Shown piece after piece: positions 36,169-49,804 of a DNA stretch of 64,000 nt (its first letter is position 1; every line of letters starts with the position of its first letter). Location of the stretch: NCBI GenBank assembly GCA_030390025.1, contig CM059425.1:163992001-164056000 (forward strand), given 5' to 3'. A program made the position numbers and the translations under genes. The DNA comes from Squalus acanthias (taxonomy: Eukaryota). The notes under the pieces were generated by a model that saw only the letters and a list, made by a program, of their open reading frames with translations, had not been told where the DNA came from and did not search any database.

Positions 36169-39100
36169 TTTCAAATAAAACTGTTGGACTATAACCTGGT
36201 GTTGTGCGACCTCTCAATTTTGTCCACCCCAGTCCAACACCGGCATCTCCGCATCATGACCTCTAATTATAAAACCTAGGATCCCATAATTCCATTTCCT
36301 ATGCCTTTATCAATTTATCCTCATGCTTTTAAAGATTTGGTATCTGAACCCCTTCGTGTTTCCTCTCTTTATTCTTCCTCCCAAAAAGTATCACCTCATA
36401 TTTCTCTGTATTAAATTTCATGACATCTCTTGGCCAATCTATTATCCTGTCTAAGTTGCTTATAGTCCCTTTCAGAGTTAACCACTGTACTTACATTTAA
36501 CTGACTGAAACCAGAATAAATTATATCCTTAATCTCTGCCAAACCTTCCTTCGATGTTAATTACAATCCCTCTCCAATTTCTGCAACCCTGGTCTCAGAA
36601 CTGGTCTCAATTAGAGCTGTTTGTAATATTGTTCCATGTTACTGTATCAATGAGTCGCTGAAAATTACACTATTGCTTCCATGTGGCATGTGAATCCTAA
36701 ATTAATTATCTAGTGCAATAATTCAGTTGTCCAACACAGTGAGCACTTCAGAGATGAAACCGTAACATTGTAAAACTGAACATTTTGCATTGTACACATC
36801 ATGCAACTATCCCATCTAGCCATACCCACAAAAACTTGGGAGCTGAACTCTGCACTTTTACAACCACAAGTCTACAATGCTGGCAACCTAACATAGGTCT
36901 CTCCAATTTGTTTCTTGCACTGGTAGTATTACATCTTATGTGCCAGGTGAATTGTCAGGTGGCAGTAAATAAGGTAGAAGATGCCAGTGCGAGTGCCACA
37001 GCATCTCTATTGCTGTCTCAGTGTATGTGCTTTGTACAGAATGGTGTGGTTTGTCCATGGGTCCACATGGACCAACTCCATCCGTGGAGAGAAGAAGATA
37101 GACATTAGTAGCATCAGACAAGAACTTCATAACCACATCAGTATGTTTCAGGACAGGAGATTACCGTATCACATAATGAATGGCATATGCATATGTATAT
37201 ATGGTTTTATAAATGTACTAGCTGACTTCGTGGCATTGCTCAAATGTAGTCTGGTGTCTGGAGTGCAGTTATGAAATTTAGCTTCGTTCTATTTCCAGCT
37301 ATAGAGCAGATCACAGTGGGATATGGGGAAAATAGGGAATCTAATTTTAAAATTAAAATCATGGGATCTTGAAAGAAGCAAAGGTTTGTTTGGGTTTCTT
37401 TCAGGTAGTTTTACAGCAAACTCGGATAACTGACCGGAGCAATAAAGAAACATCATAGTTTATTCCGTGCAGTTACAAACCCATTTTCATATAATCTCCA
37501 TTACAGTTACTTTCTGGAATGCTCCAACCAGCTCCCTCCCAGAGAGATCTGTGTTAGGTTGCCTGTCAGCAGATTTAACTCTGCCTGCTAGTCCAGTTTA
37601 CTACAAGCTTTGCCTGTTTAATAACACCAACGACGCAGTGAACTGTGATGACAGCCGTTCTGAGAGAATGCTTTACCCTTGATCTAATTTCTAAGGGATG
37701 GAGCACATTTCATCTACAAGATATTCCTGGAATCAATAAAATATGTGATGAATGAACTGTCCGACCTAGATCCAATGGGCCCAGGAGGAGGAGAAGAGAG
37801 GGGATTGTGAGCAGGAGTGCAAACTGCATAATGTTTAAGCCCAAGAATGTGGAGGATCCAAATTCATGGGTAAGTGTGTGACTTTTTTTCCTGAATTTTA
37901 TAATTTTTTTGTGTTTGTTGTGCTATGAATTTTATTTTTAAAGCCCTCCGTGCATACATGCCATCAAGATCCTAATGACATACCAGGACCCCGATTTGCA
38001 TGTCTTAATGAGGTTCTCGCCTGAGTCAGGCGGGTGCCTTGGCCATCTTAAAAAAAGGCCCAGTTAAGATGGTGGTGGGTGGGAATCGAGCAGGAAAGGG
38101 CAGTAAGTCTTTGCACAGCGATTTTAACTGTGTTCTCGCTCCGTTCTCACTGGACGGGCTGGGTTAAAATTCCCCCCAGTGTCTGTAGGAATCTGGAGGA
38201 AGGGTGAAATATTAGTGAGAACAAAATTCTTCTGAGGGTGAGAGAAAGTTCTGGTAAATGAGCTGCAGAGGTTAGTTAGGACTTACCTTCTTATTTTTCT
38301 ATATTTGCTGGGTTGGGGCAAGGAACTGTTATAGCATTCTGTAGTGCCTGACCCATCCTTCAATAAGAACAAAAGCTCCAAAATGAATCAGTCACTAAAT
38401 TGAAAGAACAAATAAAGCACGGATATTTATCAAAATATATACCCCCTTTGATGTGATAAATGGACTTTGGAATGAGTGAGTTTGAGGCTTGTTTGCCGTG
38501 TTGGAGACATTTTTTTATTTGGATTACTCCTTCCACAGACCCATAAAAAATATTCCCTTTTGATGGATTCAGACACATCCAACTTACTAAATGAGATGAA
38601 TAATTGAATTAAAAGGAAAGAAAGACTTACATTTATATATTTATAGATATTTTTGGTCAAATAGATATCTGGCACTCACAGAAACCCATCACCAAGTTTA
38701 AGAATCTCCAAGTCAAGCGATGGAAAAGCCTGTACCAATCTGTAGGGGTCCTGTTTGTTCAACATGGAGTGTACACGCTCTCCTCATGGGGACATATTCC
38801 ACTTATCTAAGTCCAGAAAGCTAAGACATTGGTTGGTAGAGCCAAGCCTTAGGGACCACCATGCGTGTACAGGGTACTGTCGGAGTTTAACCAACTAAAA
38901 CTGCACAATTAACCAGAACACAGCGCTGGAAAGCTTCCCGCTGCTACTCCAGTTAAGACTACCCTACCCAATAGGGCTTTAACCTGCAGGATTATTTGGA
39001 GCTGAGTGGGAAATATTCCATCCCCTACTAACAGGTCTACCCCTCCAGGTTTCATTAGTGAGTCAGGCTAGCTGAACAATCAACAGCACTGTCCTGGAGC

Positions 39101-40044
39101 CTTGTGGGCCTCTTTGGCTCAGGTACTGGGTTACAAAGTCTGTCACAAAGTATTGACTTGGTTCCAAAATTTTATTGCCAGGTGTGTCATCTTAGAGCCT
39201 TAATCCCAAAAAAGACTACGCTTACTGTCATGTTTTGGGATATTTATACTAGATATTTCTTTGTGGTCAGCATCATCAGCCACTCCCATAAATAGATCTC
39301 ATGTCTCCTAGGAACTGAAGTGTGCCTTTACCTGCCTAATGTAGTGAGGCTTAGTGATCGAAAAGAACCCGACTGGAATATATTACATTCTGCCACATGA
39401 TCCCCTCAAATTCAGAAGACAGATTTGTATACATTGTATCGGACCAATGTTCAGGGATGCTCCTGGACAGAACAGCACTAATAATGACTCTGCAATTAAC
39501 AGACGTGAATGTATTAAACACCTTTTTGTTATACAGATGCATATTAATGCCTTTTCCATATCAGACTGTAATGTATATTTTCTGCAATTTGCAGGAACAG
39601 CCAGTCATAACCGGCCTTAATACTGCGTGTCATGACCAGCAAGAAAGAATCCAATAAATTATCCATCATGGACAAAGATGCTTAATTTTTGTCACATTTA
39701 TCTCTCCAACCCACACTCCCCCCTCCACCCTCAGCTCTCTGCAGTCTAATTATAGTAGGTACCAAGCCCTGAATATGAGTTCATGTTCTCATGCCCCACC
39801 TCCAGGTAACGCCTCGGCAGCTGTCATCTCAATGTACCCACATCTGCTATAACAGATAACTGCCTTTTAGCGTGGTGACAGGACATACACAGGGCAGTAT
39901 GTATCGTGTAACCCACTTTGATGTTCTAGCCATCCCAGTCTAATGTCACATACCAAGCTTACTCATCACCAATTACACATCCAGGTCCTTATGGTTGGCG
40001 TAGCCTGGAGGCCTACCTCTCTACGACCACTCCTCTTTGCCAAG

Positions 40045-40845
40045 ATTGCACCTTACAGCTTGGTTCTGGTCTCACACACAGGCTGGATGTCAGAAAAGCA
40101 GTCCGACAAATCAGAGACAATGGAGAGCTTGAGAAAGGTGGTGATGTGGTAGAGCTGCGTGTCATCAGCGTACATGTGGAAACTGATGTATTTTTGGATG
40201 ATGTCACCAAGGGGCAGCATGTAGATGAGAAATAGGAGGGGGCCAAGGACAGATCCTTGGGGTACTTCAGAGCTAACGGTGCGGGAGTGGGAAGAGAAGC
40301 CATTGCAGATGATGGCTATGACTGGATAGATAAGGATGGAACCAGGTGAGTGCAGTCCCACCCAGCTGGACGACGGAGGAGAGGCATTGGAGGAGGATGG
40401 TGTGGTCAACCATGTCAAAGGCTGCAGACAGATCAAGAAGGATGAGGAGGGATAGCTTACCATGGTCATAGTCATATAGAATGTCATTTCTGACTTTTAT
40501 TAGGGCCGTTTCAGTACTGTTGCAGGGGCGGAAACCTGATTAGAAAGATTCAAACATGGAGTTGTGGGAAAGCTGGGCATGGATTTGGGGGGTGGGGGGC
40601 AACACGTTCAAGGATTTTGGAGAGGAAAGGGAGGTTGGAGATGGGGCGGTAGTTTGCAAGGATGGAGGGATCAAGAGTGGGTTTTTTTGAGGACAGGGTT
40701 GATGACAGCAGATTTGATGGGGAGGGGCACAGTACCTGAGGAGAGGAAACTGTTAACAACATAAGCTAAGATGGAGGCCAGGAAACAAAGTTGGGTGGTC
40801 AGTAATTTGGTGGGAATAGGGTCGAGGGAGGAGGAGTTGGGTCTT
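40045..40845 (-). mobile_element. L2 RT fragment
   Basis: [55 protein letters not shown], with frameshifts. Confidence 0.9.
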
Positions 40846-41121
40846 ACAAGCTGATCCATAAGCATTGAGAGTTTGCTGTGATTGAAGAAAGACGAGAAAG
40901 TCAAATGTGCCACCTGCCCCTTTTCTGAGCAATCCTGGAGATTTGTGTGCAAGCTGAAGTTAGCATCCGCCAGGAACCCCAGAAACTGATATGAATCAAC
41001 AATTGAGACAGATGTCCCTTGTCTTCCAAACAATACCTTTGATATCCCCTATTGAGCAGTGCAAGGACAAAATACTGTAATTGGGATGACCCACCACCAA
41101 ATCCCACTAGTAAGTCCATTG

Positions 41122-42445
41122 TTCATAATACAATCAAGCAGAGTCAACATGGTTTTATGAAAGGGAAATTGTGTTTGACAAATTTACTAGAGTTCTTTGA
41201 GGATGTAACGAGCAGGGTGGATAAAGGGGAACCAGTAGATGTAGTGTATTTGGATTTCCAGAAGGCATCCGATAAGGTGCCGCATAAAAGGTTACTGCAC
41301 AAGATAAGAGCTCACGATGTTGGGGGTAATATATTAGGTTGGATAGAGGATTGGCTAACTAATAGAAAACAGAGAGTCGGAATAAATGGGTCATTTTCAG
41401 GTTGGCAAACTGTAACTAGTGGGGTGCCACAGGGATCAGTGCTGGGGCCTCAACTATTTACAATCTATATTAATGACTTGGATGAAGGGACCAAGTGTAC
41501 TGTTGCCAAATTTGCTGACGATACAAAGATAGGTGGGAAAGCAAGTTGTGAGGAGGACACAAAGAGTCTGCAAAGGGATATAGATAGGTTAAGTGAGTGG
41601 GCAAAAAATTGGCAGATAGAGTATAATGTGGGAAAATGTGAGGTTATCCACTTTGGTAGGAAGAATAAAAAAGCAAAATATTATTTAAATGGAGAGAGAC
41701 TACAGAATGCTGCGGTACAGAGGGATCTGGGTGTCCTTGTACATGAAACACAAAAAGTTAGCATGCAGATACAGCAAGTAATTAGGAAGGTAAATGGAAT
41801 ATTGGCCTTTATTACAAGGGGGATGGAGTATAAAAGTAGGGAAGTCTTGCTACAACTGTACAGGGTGTTGGTGAGACCACACCTGGAGTACTGCGTACAG
41901 TTTTGGTCTCCTTATTTAAGGAAGGACATACTTGCATTGGAGGCAGTTCAGAGAAGGTTCACTAGGTTGATTCCTGAGTTGAAGGGGTTGACGTATGAGA
42001 AAAGGTTGAGCAGGTTGGGTCCATACTCATTGGCGTTTAGAAGAATGAGAGGTGATCTTATTGAAACATATAAGATTCTGAGGGGATTTGACAGGGTCGA
42101 TGCAGGGAGGATGTTTCCCCTCATGGGGGAATCTAGAACTAGGGGGCATAGTTTCAGAATAAGGGGTCGCCCATTTAAAACGGAGATGAGGAGGAATTTC
42201 TTCTCTCAGAGGGTCGTGAATCTTTGGAATTCTCTACCCCAGAGAGCTGTGGAGGCTGGGTCATTGAATATATTCAAGGCTGAGATTGACAGATATTTGA
42301 GCTACAGGGGAGTCAAGGGTTATGGGGAGTGGGTAGGAAAGTGCAGTTGAGGCCAAGATCAGATCAGCCATGATCTTAATGAATGGCGGAGCAGGCTCGA
42401 GGGGCCGAATGGCCTACTCCTGCTCCTATTTCTTATGATCTTATG
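41122..42445 (+). mobile_element. 5'-truncated CR1 LINE with an uninterrupted RT-to-stop frame (to 42350)
   Basis: [53 protein letters not shown]; tail TCTTATGATCTTATG. Confidence 0.96.
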
Positions 42446-42490
42446 TAATGCAATAGATTCCCAGGTAAGTCTGCGAGCAACACAATTATC

Positions 42491-43246
42491 GGCCCGTATT
42501 TTCCAATCCCTACGGGTTTGTACGAGCTGTGTACACACCCGTAGGGGCCTCGCAAATGCCGGTTTCAGGCATGCGTAGCGCATGCACTGAAAACTGGTAC
42601 TTCCGATCTGTCAAGAATCCTCTTGACAGATCGCACACCTGCCCTGGAGAAGGGCCTCTGCGGGTGGAGAGTTCCACTTTCTGCAGAACCTCTGCCCGCT
42701 GAAATCCCTTAAAAATCTTATGCCTGGTAAAAGCAGGCGTAAGGCCTGCTTTTACCAGCATAAGAGTTTAAAAAAGTAAAAAAATAATTTTTTCCCCCTC
42801 ATTTATAACTTTAAAATACTTTTAAAAAAAAGGTAAGTTTATTTTTAACCCCGTATAATTACTTTTTTCAAAAAATTAAATTTTTGTTTAAAATATTTAA
42901 TTTAATGTAATTTTAACTTATTTTAAAAACGTGATGGTTTTAAAAAATTTATTTAATGTTTTGATGTCTTTTTTCAGTGATCCCTATTCATACTTTTGAT
43001 AGGTCTACCTGTCAAAAGTATGAAGGGGGATTCCCTTCTTCCATTGGTTCCCCATGGCCCACATGATCCCAGGGACGCTTGCGAACCGCCTGTGCCCCTG
43101 GGGTACCTGGGCCTCTGCGCATGCGCACCAGGAGAGGCCCAGGAGCGGAAATGGCCGGACCTCGGGACCCCTCAGGTAAGGGCGTAGATTTTTTCCCGAT
43201 AGGAGGCATCCGCACGCAGGAAGCCTCCGATCGGAAATTACAGGCC
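42491..43246 (+). mobile_element. Harbinger-type MITE (756 bp)
   Basis: TIRs GGCCCGTATTTTCC / GGAAATTACAGGCC; 3-bp TSD ATC on both sides. Confidence 0.88.
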
Positions 43247-43359
43247 ATCGTTTGCTAAAAAGGCTGATCTGATTTTTTTTTTCTCAGAAATATCTGGAAT
43301 AGACACTCCACATCTGTCCCTTACATTGCTGTACAATACATCATTGGTTGTATTGTTTT

Positions 43360-43625
43360 AATGTCTTATCACAGTTCTCAGAAATGGCGCTTCACACACA
43401 ATGAATTACTTTAAAGTGTTTCTCCGTAGGCAAATGTGGAAGCCATTTTGCACACAACAAGTTCACCTTAACAGCAATGAGATGAATGAGCAATTATCTA
43501 TTTTTGGTCATGTTGCTTGGAGGAGGAGTTATTACAATTAAAGTTTCCATGAAGATAAAGTTTAGGGAATTGTCTCCTTTGTCCTCTGACATAATCCAGT
43601 GACATTTCAGGGCATCGACCCATGG
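43360..43625 (-). mobile_element. Degenerate Deu-domain SINE fragment
   Basis: GCCATTTTGCACACAACAAG...ACAGCAATGAGAT is the reverse complement of the core at 51586-51632. Confidence 0.6.
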
Positions 43626-45039
43626 TCAGATTTAAGCTTATTTCAACCAAATTAAGAAAGGATCATCGGCGAACAGCGTTCATTCCTGTGTTATACATAA
43701 TAACACTTCACAACTTCAGAGTTATCAATACCTATCTGCTTCCCACATTGGCAGATAACTTGGATTATACTGGGGGGGAGGGGGTTTGCTGTAAATTTAA
43801 AACTATTGCTGTATTAAATACCTTATCACATTTCACTAAAACATGAAAACACTGTACTCTAAAACATGATAAATATCCTTTGCCCAAACACACAATCTAA
43901 AACTCCCTTCCCTTGCCCACAGGTTCCAAAAAAGAACCCTCACAAAAAATACAAACTTGTTCCCCAACTCACCCAGAAATAACCTCCACAACAATTGCCA
44001 TAAGACCCCAAAAAATAAAATGGGAGTTAAATTCCTCCTTAACAAAAAGCAGGAAAATAGAACGTTTGCTTCAGGTAAGTATTTTCTGCCACCTTGTGGT
44101 GATGAATTACTGTAGTTTATTCCAATACTGAATGATTGTATTTTATTTATATGCCTGTAAAAGAATTCCACCTTCTCACAAATTTTACTTGTCGGGTATT
44201 TTCACCATTAAGATGGTGACACGTGCACAGTTGACACCACTTATCGTATCCTACTCTGGGTTTCTTTATCAGTATTGCAACCAATGATAGAAAAAAAGGG
44301 AAGGAAGATGACAGCAAGTGACTTTGCCAGCCTGGGAACAGGAATGGCCTCATCTGACAGTCGAGAGGTGCCTGTGGTATAATCCTTGCAGTATAATTAG
44401 AATAGGGGCCTGGCTGCAGGCAACACCACGTTAGCTACTGCCGGGCAGTCTGGCTCAGCTGGCTTTCTGGTCCTGTTGTGTGCATTGATTGAGGGGGGTG
44501 ACGAGGGAATAGATTTGCTGACAACCTGAAAGAGGGGAACTCGTGCCACTCCTGCTGCGTCACCTCCACTCCCATGGGGCTGGGAGGGAACAGACTGCAG
44601 ATTAGGAGTGAATCCTTGAAAGCCCCTATCCATGTGGTCCACCAAGGTGGTGCCCATTTGAACTTCCAACAAAGCTGCAAAGGCTGTGAACATTAACAGC
44701 TGTTCTGAGGGCCCAGCTGCAACATTCCTGGAGGTGGCCAGCCTCTTCCAAGACTCCAGAGTTCTGATGCACTGGGAGAAGACACTACACAGGCTGGAAG
44801 CAGACTCATCCATACTTGTAGCCATACTTGCAACTTGCGTCAATTTAGCCATCATCTTTCTGCATCACTACCGACTCATTCCTACAGCAACAACCTCCAT
44901 CCTTGGACTCTCTACCCTTCAAATAGCTTCTGGACTTCACTCACCTGCTTTGGACAGCGGTTCGTCGATGCTCCATACCGGCCCCATCCTGCTCACATCG
45001 GCTTGTCCTTCCATGGGACCTCTGACTTTGACCCTGGTC

Positions 45040-48000
45040 TCCCTACTATTGTCCCCAACCTATTCCCTGCTACCAGGAAATATGTATTCCATTAATTATT
45101 ACATTTAAACAGGCCTATGTAACCTGAGCTTTTCCCATGTCCGTTTGCGTACGCAGTTTGGCTGCTGCTGTGGACCCGAGCCAATCCACTTTTCCCCCCT
45201 CATTTCCTTTTCTCTCTATCCCTCCCTGACCGCTCTCTCCTGTCATCATGCCTCCTTTCATCTCTCCTCTCTCGGATACACTGCCCTCCCAAATCTCTAT
45301 CCCAATCCTTCATTACTCTTTGACCTTCCTACTCTCCTGCCGCCGTCCCAGGCTTGACTCCCTCTTAGATAAGCCCACAGCTTCCCTCTGTGCCTCTCTT
45401 GGCATCCTACGAAGGGCCCATCGAGGCACTCGTCGCTGCCGCCTTACGAGCAGCAACCCCAACTGTCCCATCCTACTCTCTCGCCGACCTTCCTGCCAGC
45501 ACGTCCACTGGGGGCAAATCTTGCCAATCTCCTCCCCATCCAACTCATCCCCCCCCAGCGCTGACCCTGTGGATGCGGGCAGTGGGGCAGCCATCACCGA
45601 CCCTCTCCGCATCTCCCTCCAGAATGTCCGTTCACTTGCGAACAAGGCCCTTGCCATCCATGAGCTTATCGTGGATGACTGCATCGATATCATGGCCCTG
45701 ACGGAAACTTGGTTGAGGGGTGATGACACCTTACCCTTAAATGAAGCCTCCCCACCTGGCTATACCTTCCACCACTTGCCCCGCTCAGACCGCCGTGGTG
45801 GCGGTGTGGCTTTCATCACCAAATCACACCTTGATCTGTCTCCCTACTCCTCCGGCACTTTCTCCTCCTTTGAGCATCTCGCCTTATTCCACCCCTCTCA
45901 CCGCTCATTTAAAATTCTTGTTCTCTACCGCCGACCCCAGTACCATAAAAATTTTATTACTGAGATATCTTCACTGTTCTCCTCCCTCAGCCTCTGCACC
46001 GAACGACTTCTCATCGTCGGTGATTTCAACCTCCATCTCAATTCATCATGCTCTCTCTCCTCTGAGTTCACTAGCCTCCTATCCTCCCTTAATCTCTCTC
46101 TCCATGTATACTCCCCAACCCATATTCACGTCCATCCCCTCGACCTTGCCATCTCTCGTGGTCTCGCTACTCCCATCGTGTCGATTGCATATAAGGCCAT
46201 CTCTGACCATTTCCTCATATTGCTCTCCACCCACATCCCCCTTCCACCCACCCCCCGCCCCAACCCTACTTCCTTCTATGTCCGCCCCTGGAAAAAACTC
46301 TCCCAACTCTCTTACTACTGCACTTATGAAATCCCAACTGTCCAGTCTCTGGCCCTCCATTCACCATGACATTTCTGCAGCTACCGATCTGCTCAACCAC
46401 ACCCTCACCACTATCTTTGATGCCCTAGTCCCTACTAAAACTATTACCCTCTCTCACCCTGGCCATTCCCCCTGGTACGGCTCTCATCTTCGCTCCCTTA
46501 AGTCCAAGGAACGCAGACTCGAACGGATATGGCGGACAACTGGTTTAGCCATTCACTGCCAGATCTGGCTAGACCACATAAAACACTATCGGGCCTTGCT
46601 CTCGTCTGCCAAAATTGCTCACTATTCCAGAATCATTCTGGAATGCAAAGATAAACCCCAGCTCCTATTCCCTACTGCTAACCGTCTTCTTAAACCCCTC
46701 TCCCCCGTCTCCTCCACCCTCACCTCTGATAACAAGTGTGAGGAGCTCATGGACTTCTTTGTCTCTAAGATTGAGACCATCCGTTCAGCTGCCTCTGCCA
46801 CTTCCCTTCCTTCCCCTAGCCCACTGGGCCAAACTTCCTCTCAGGTTCCCCCCTGCCCTAGCCCTGAACTCACATGTTTCTCCAGTTTCTCTCCGATCTC
46901 CCCTCACGACCTCTCTGCGCTCATCTTGTCCATGAGCTCCACCTCCTGCTCCCTTGACTCTATTCCCACCAAACTGCTGACCACCCAACTTCCTTTTCTG
47001 GCTCCCATGTTAGATGATATTGTTAATGGTTCTCTCTCCTCAGGTACTGTCCCCCTCTCCCTCAAATCTGCCGTCATCACCCCTCTCCTCAAAAAACCAA
47101 ACCTTGATCCCTCCGTCCTTGCAAACTATCGCCCCATCTCCAACCTCCCTTTCCTCTCCAAAGTGCTTTAACGTGTTGTTGCCTCCCAAATCCGTGCCCA
47201 TCTTTCCCGCAATTCCATGTTTGAATCCCTCCAATCAGATTTCCGCCCTTGTCACAGTACCGAAACAGCTCTCATCAAAGTCACAAATAGCATCCTTTGT
47301 GACTGTGACAAAGGTAAACTATCCCTCCTCGTCCTTCTTGACTTGTCTGCAGCCTTTGATACAGTTGACCATTCCACCTTTCTCCAACACCTCTCCACCG
47401 TCGTCCAGCTGGGTGGGACTGCACTCGCCTGGTTTCATTCTTATCTATCTAATCGTAACCAGAGAATCACCTGCAGCAGCTTTTCTTCCCGCTCCAGTAT
47501 CGTTACCTCTGGTGTCCCCCAAGGATCTATCATTGGCCCCCTCCTATTTCTCATCTACATGTTGCCCCTTGGCGACATCATCCGAAAACACAGCGTCAGT
47601 TTCCACATGTACGCTGACGACACCCAGCTCTACCTCACTACTTCTTCTCTTGACCCCTCCACGGTGCCTAAATTGTCAGACTGCTTGTCCGACATACAGT
47701 TCTGGATGAGCAAACATTTTCTCCAATTAAATATTGGGAAAACCGAAGCCATTGTTTTCGGTCCCCGCCACAAACTCCGTTCCCTAGCCACTGACTCCAT
47801 CCCTCTCCCTAACATCTGTCTGAGGCTGAACCACACTGTTCGCAACCTTGGTGTCATATTTGACCCTGAATTGAGCTTCCGACCACATATCCGCAGCATA
47901 ATAAAGACCACCTACTTCCACCTCCGTAACATCGCCCGTCTCCGCCCCTTGCCTCAGCTTGTCTGCTGCTGAAACCCTCATCCATGCCTTTGTTACCTCT

Positions 48001-48580
48001 AGACTTGAATATTCCAATGCACTCCTGGCTGGCCTCCCACATTCCACCCTACGTAAACTTGAGGTCATCCAAAACTCGGCTGCCCGTGTCCTAACTCGCA
48101 CCAAGTCCTGTTCGCCCATCACCCCTGTGCTCGATGACCTACATTGGCTCCTGGTTAAGCAGCACCTCGATTTCAAAATTCTCATCCTTGTTTTCAAATC
48201 CCTCCATGGCCTCACCCCTTCCTATTCTGTAATCTCTTCAGCGCCACAACCCCCCGGAGATATCTGCGCTCCTCTAATTCTGCCCTCTTGAGGATCCCTG
48301 ATTATAATCGCTCAACCTTTGGTGGCCGTGCCTTCTGTTGCCTAGGCCCTAAGCTCTGGAATTCCCTGCCTAAACCCCTCTGCCTCACTACCTCTCTTTC
48401 CTCCTTTAAGACGGTCCTTAAAACCTACCTCTTTGACCAAGCTTTTGGCCACCTGCCCTAATTTATCCTTATGTGGATCGGTGTCAAATTTTTTGTCTTA
48501 AAATACTCCTGTGAAGCGCCTTGGGATGTTTTACTACGTTAAAGGTGCTATATAAATACGAGTTGTTGTTGTTGTTGTTG
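45040..48580 (+). mobile_element. Near-full ORF2 L2 LINE (APE endonuclease + RT), disrupted
   Basis: LQNVRSL...[65 protein letters not shown]. Frameshifts ~46300 and ~47950, TAA 47169-71, (GTT)n tail. Confidence 0.96.
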
Positions 48581-49804
48581 TATAGCTGGGTGTCTGATGT
48601 CCTTATCGCTGTCCTCCTCAGCAGAGCTGGGAGAAGACGTGTCTCATGGGTTACCCCTGCCACCACTACCTGCTCCTGCTCACAAGTGCTAGGTGCGTCA
48701 CCACGTGCAGAGTGGACCCCTCTAACTCACGCTCTAACCCAGATGGGGTACCAATCTCTGCACTTTGGAGGGCTGGACCACAGGACACTGCTTCTGCAGG
48801 AGGATTGTCCTCCTCCGAGGTGTCTTCTTCAGGGTCTTACTGTTGAGAAGGACCTAGAGGAAAGAGAAAAAGGACAAGAGTTGGGATGGCTGTGAGAGGC
48901 TGGACAGTAGCAGATGACAGACATCATAATGCAGCTTGATTTAGTCAAGATGGCTGAATGTGGATTTTTCTGTGCTTCATGAAGGAGTACAAATAATAGT
49001 CAGAAACTCTGTTCAGATAGGCCCCAGCATCAAAAACCACGATGCGCACTACTCTTGCAGGGCCACTTATTTCAAGACCTTGCTGCTCTAGCTCTGATAT
49101 GACCAATAGTCCTCTCCCAGTCCTACTGCTCTCCCTGGTATTGATCGCTGTTTTCTCCTGCAGAGAGAGAGGGCAAGAGTTAATAAGCACACATGTATGG
49201 GGCTTCTGCTAGCAGAGGCAGAAGAAGTAAGTTGCAAGCATGATGGAAAGGTGTTGATTGGAAATAAAGTGGCTGGAGTGTAAAGTGAGGAAGGAGTCAT
49301 GAGAGCAGTTGCTGATTTTGCAACGGCTACCATGAGAGAACAGAATGCTGCTAGAGGCTGATATAAAGGGAGTAAGAGGTGAGTGTGTGTTTGGAACGAG
49401 AATGAGAGGTGGTATAATGTGCCCTTGTGATGGATGGTGAAGGAAGTGTTGGATGGGAGGGAGTAGATCAAAGTGCTGGGGGAGGGGTGTGAAGGACTGC
49501 TGCCATGTGGTCTTGAGAGAGATGGAGAAATGAAGAGCTTCACTCACCCTTGCTATTCTTGTGAAGTCATTGAAGCACATCCTGCACTTCATCCAGATCC
49601 TGGGAGCTTCACTCCTGGAGCTTACAACCTCTGCCACCTCTTTCCATGTCTGGTGTACATCATGTTTGGGAACCCTCCTTCCACTGCTGGGATACAGGTC
49701 TATCTCTCCTTGCCATTGCCTCTTCCAACATCACCTCCAGGGACACTTCTGAGAATCTGGGCGCTTGCCTGCCCCTCATTCTTCCCATTCCTCCTTCCAG
49801 ACAG

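Larger units (their letters stand above)
34925..36260. mobile_element. Penelope-like element (family B): 5'-truncated, inverted-pLTR structure
   Basis: Arms 34925-35561 and 35585-36221 (637 bp each) are reverse complements, separated by a 23-bp spacer. Unpaired 39-nt tail 36222-36260. 14-bp TSD CTCTAATTATAAAA (34915-28, 36261-74). Confidence 0.93.
33813..36480 (-). mobile_element. Old CR1 3' fragment split by L2, MITE and Penelope insertions
   Basis: RLEKLGLILFEQRRLK.LIDVFKIM (33840-33937); CVQFWPPYFRKDVKA (34635-34682); continues after the PLE at 36275, as in the 5950-6478 copy. Confidence 0.65.
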
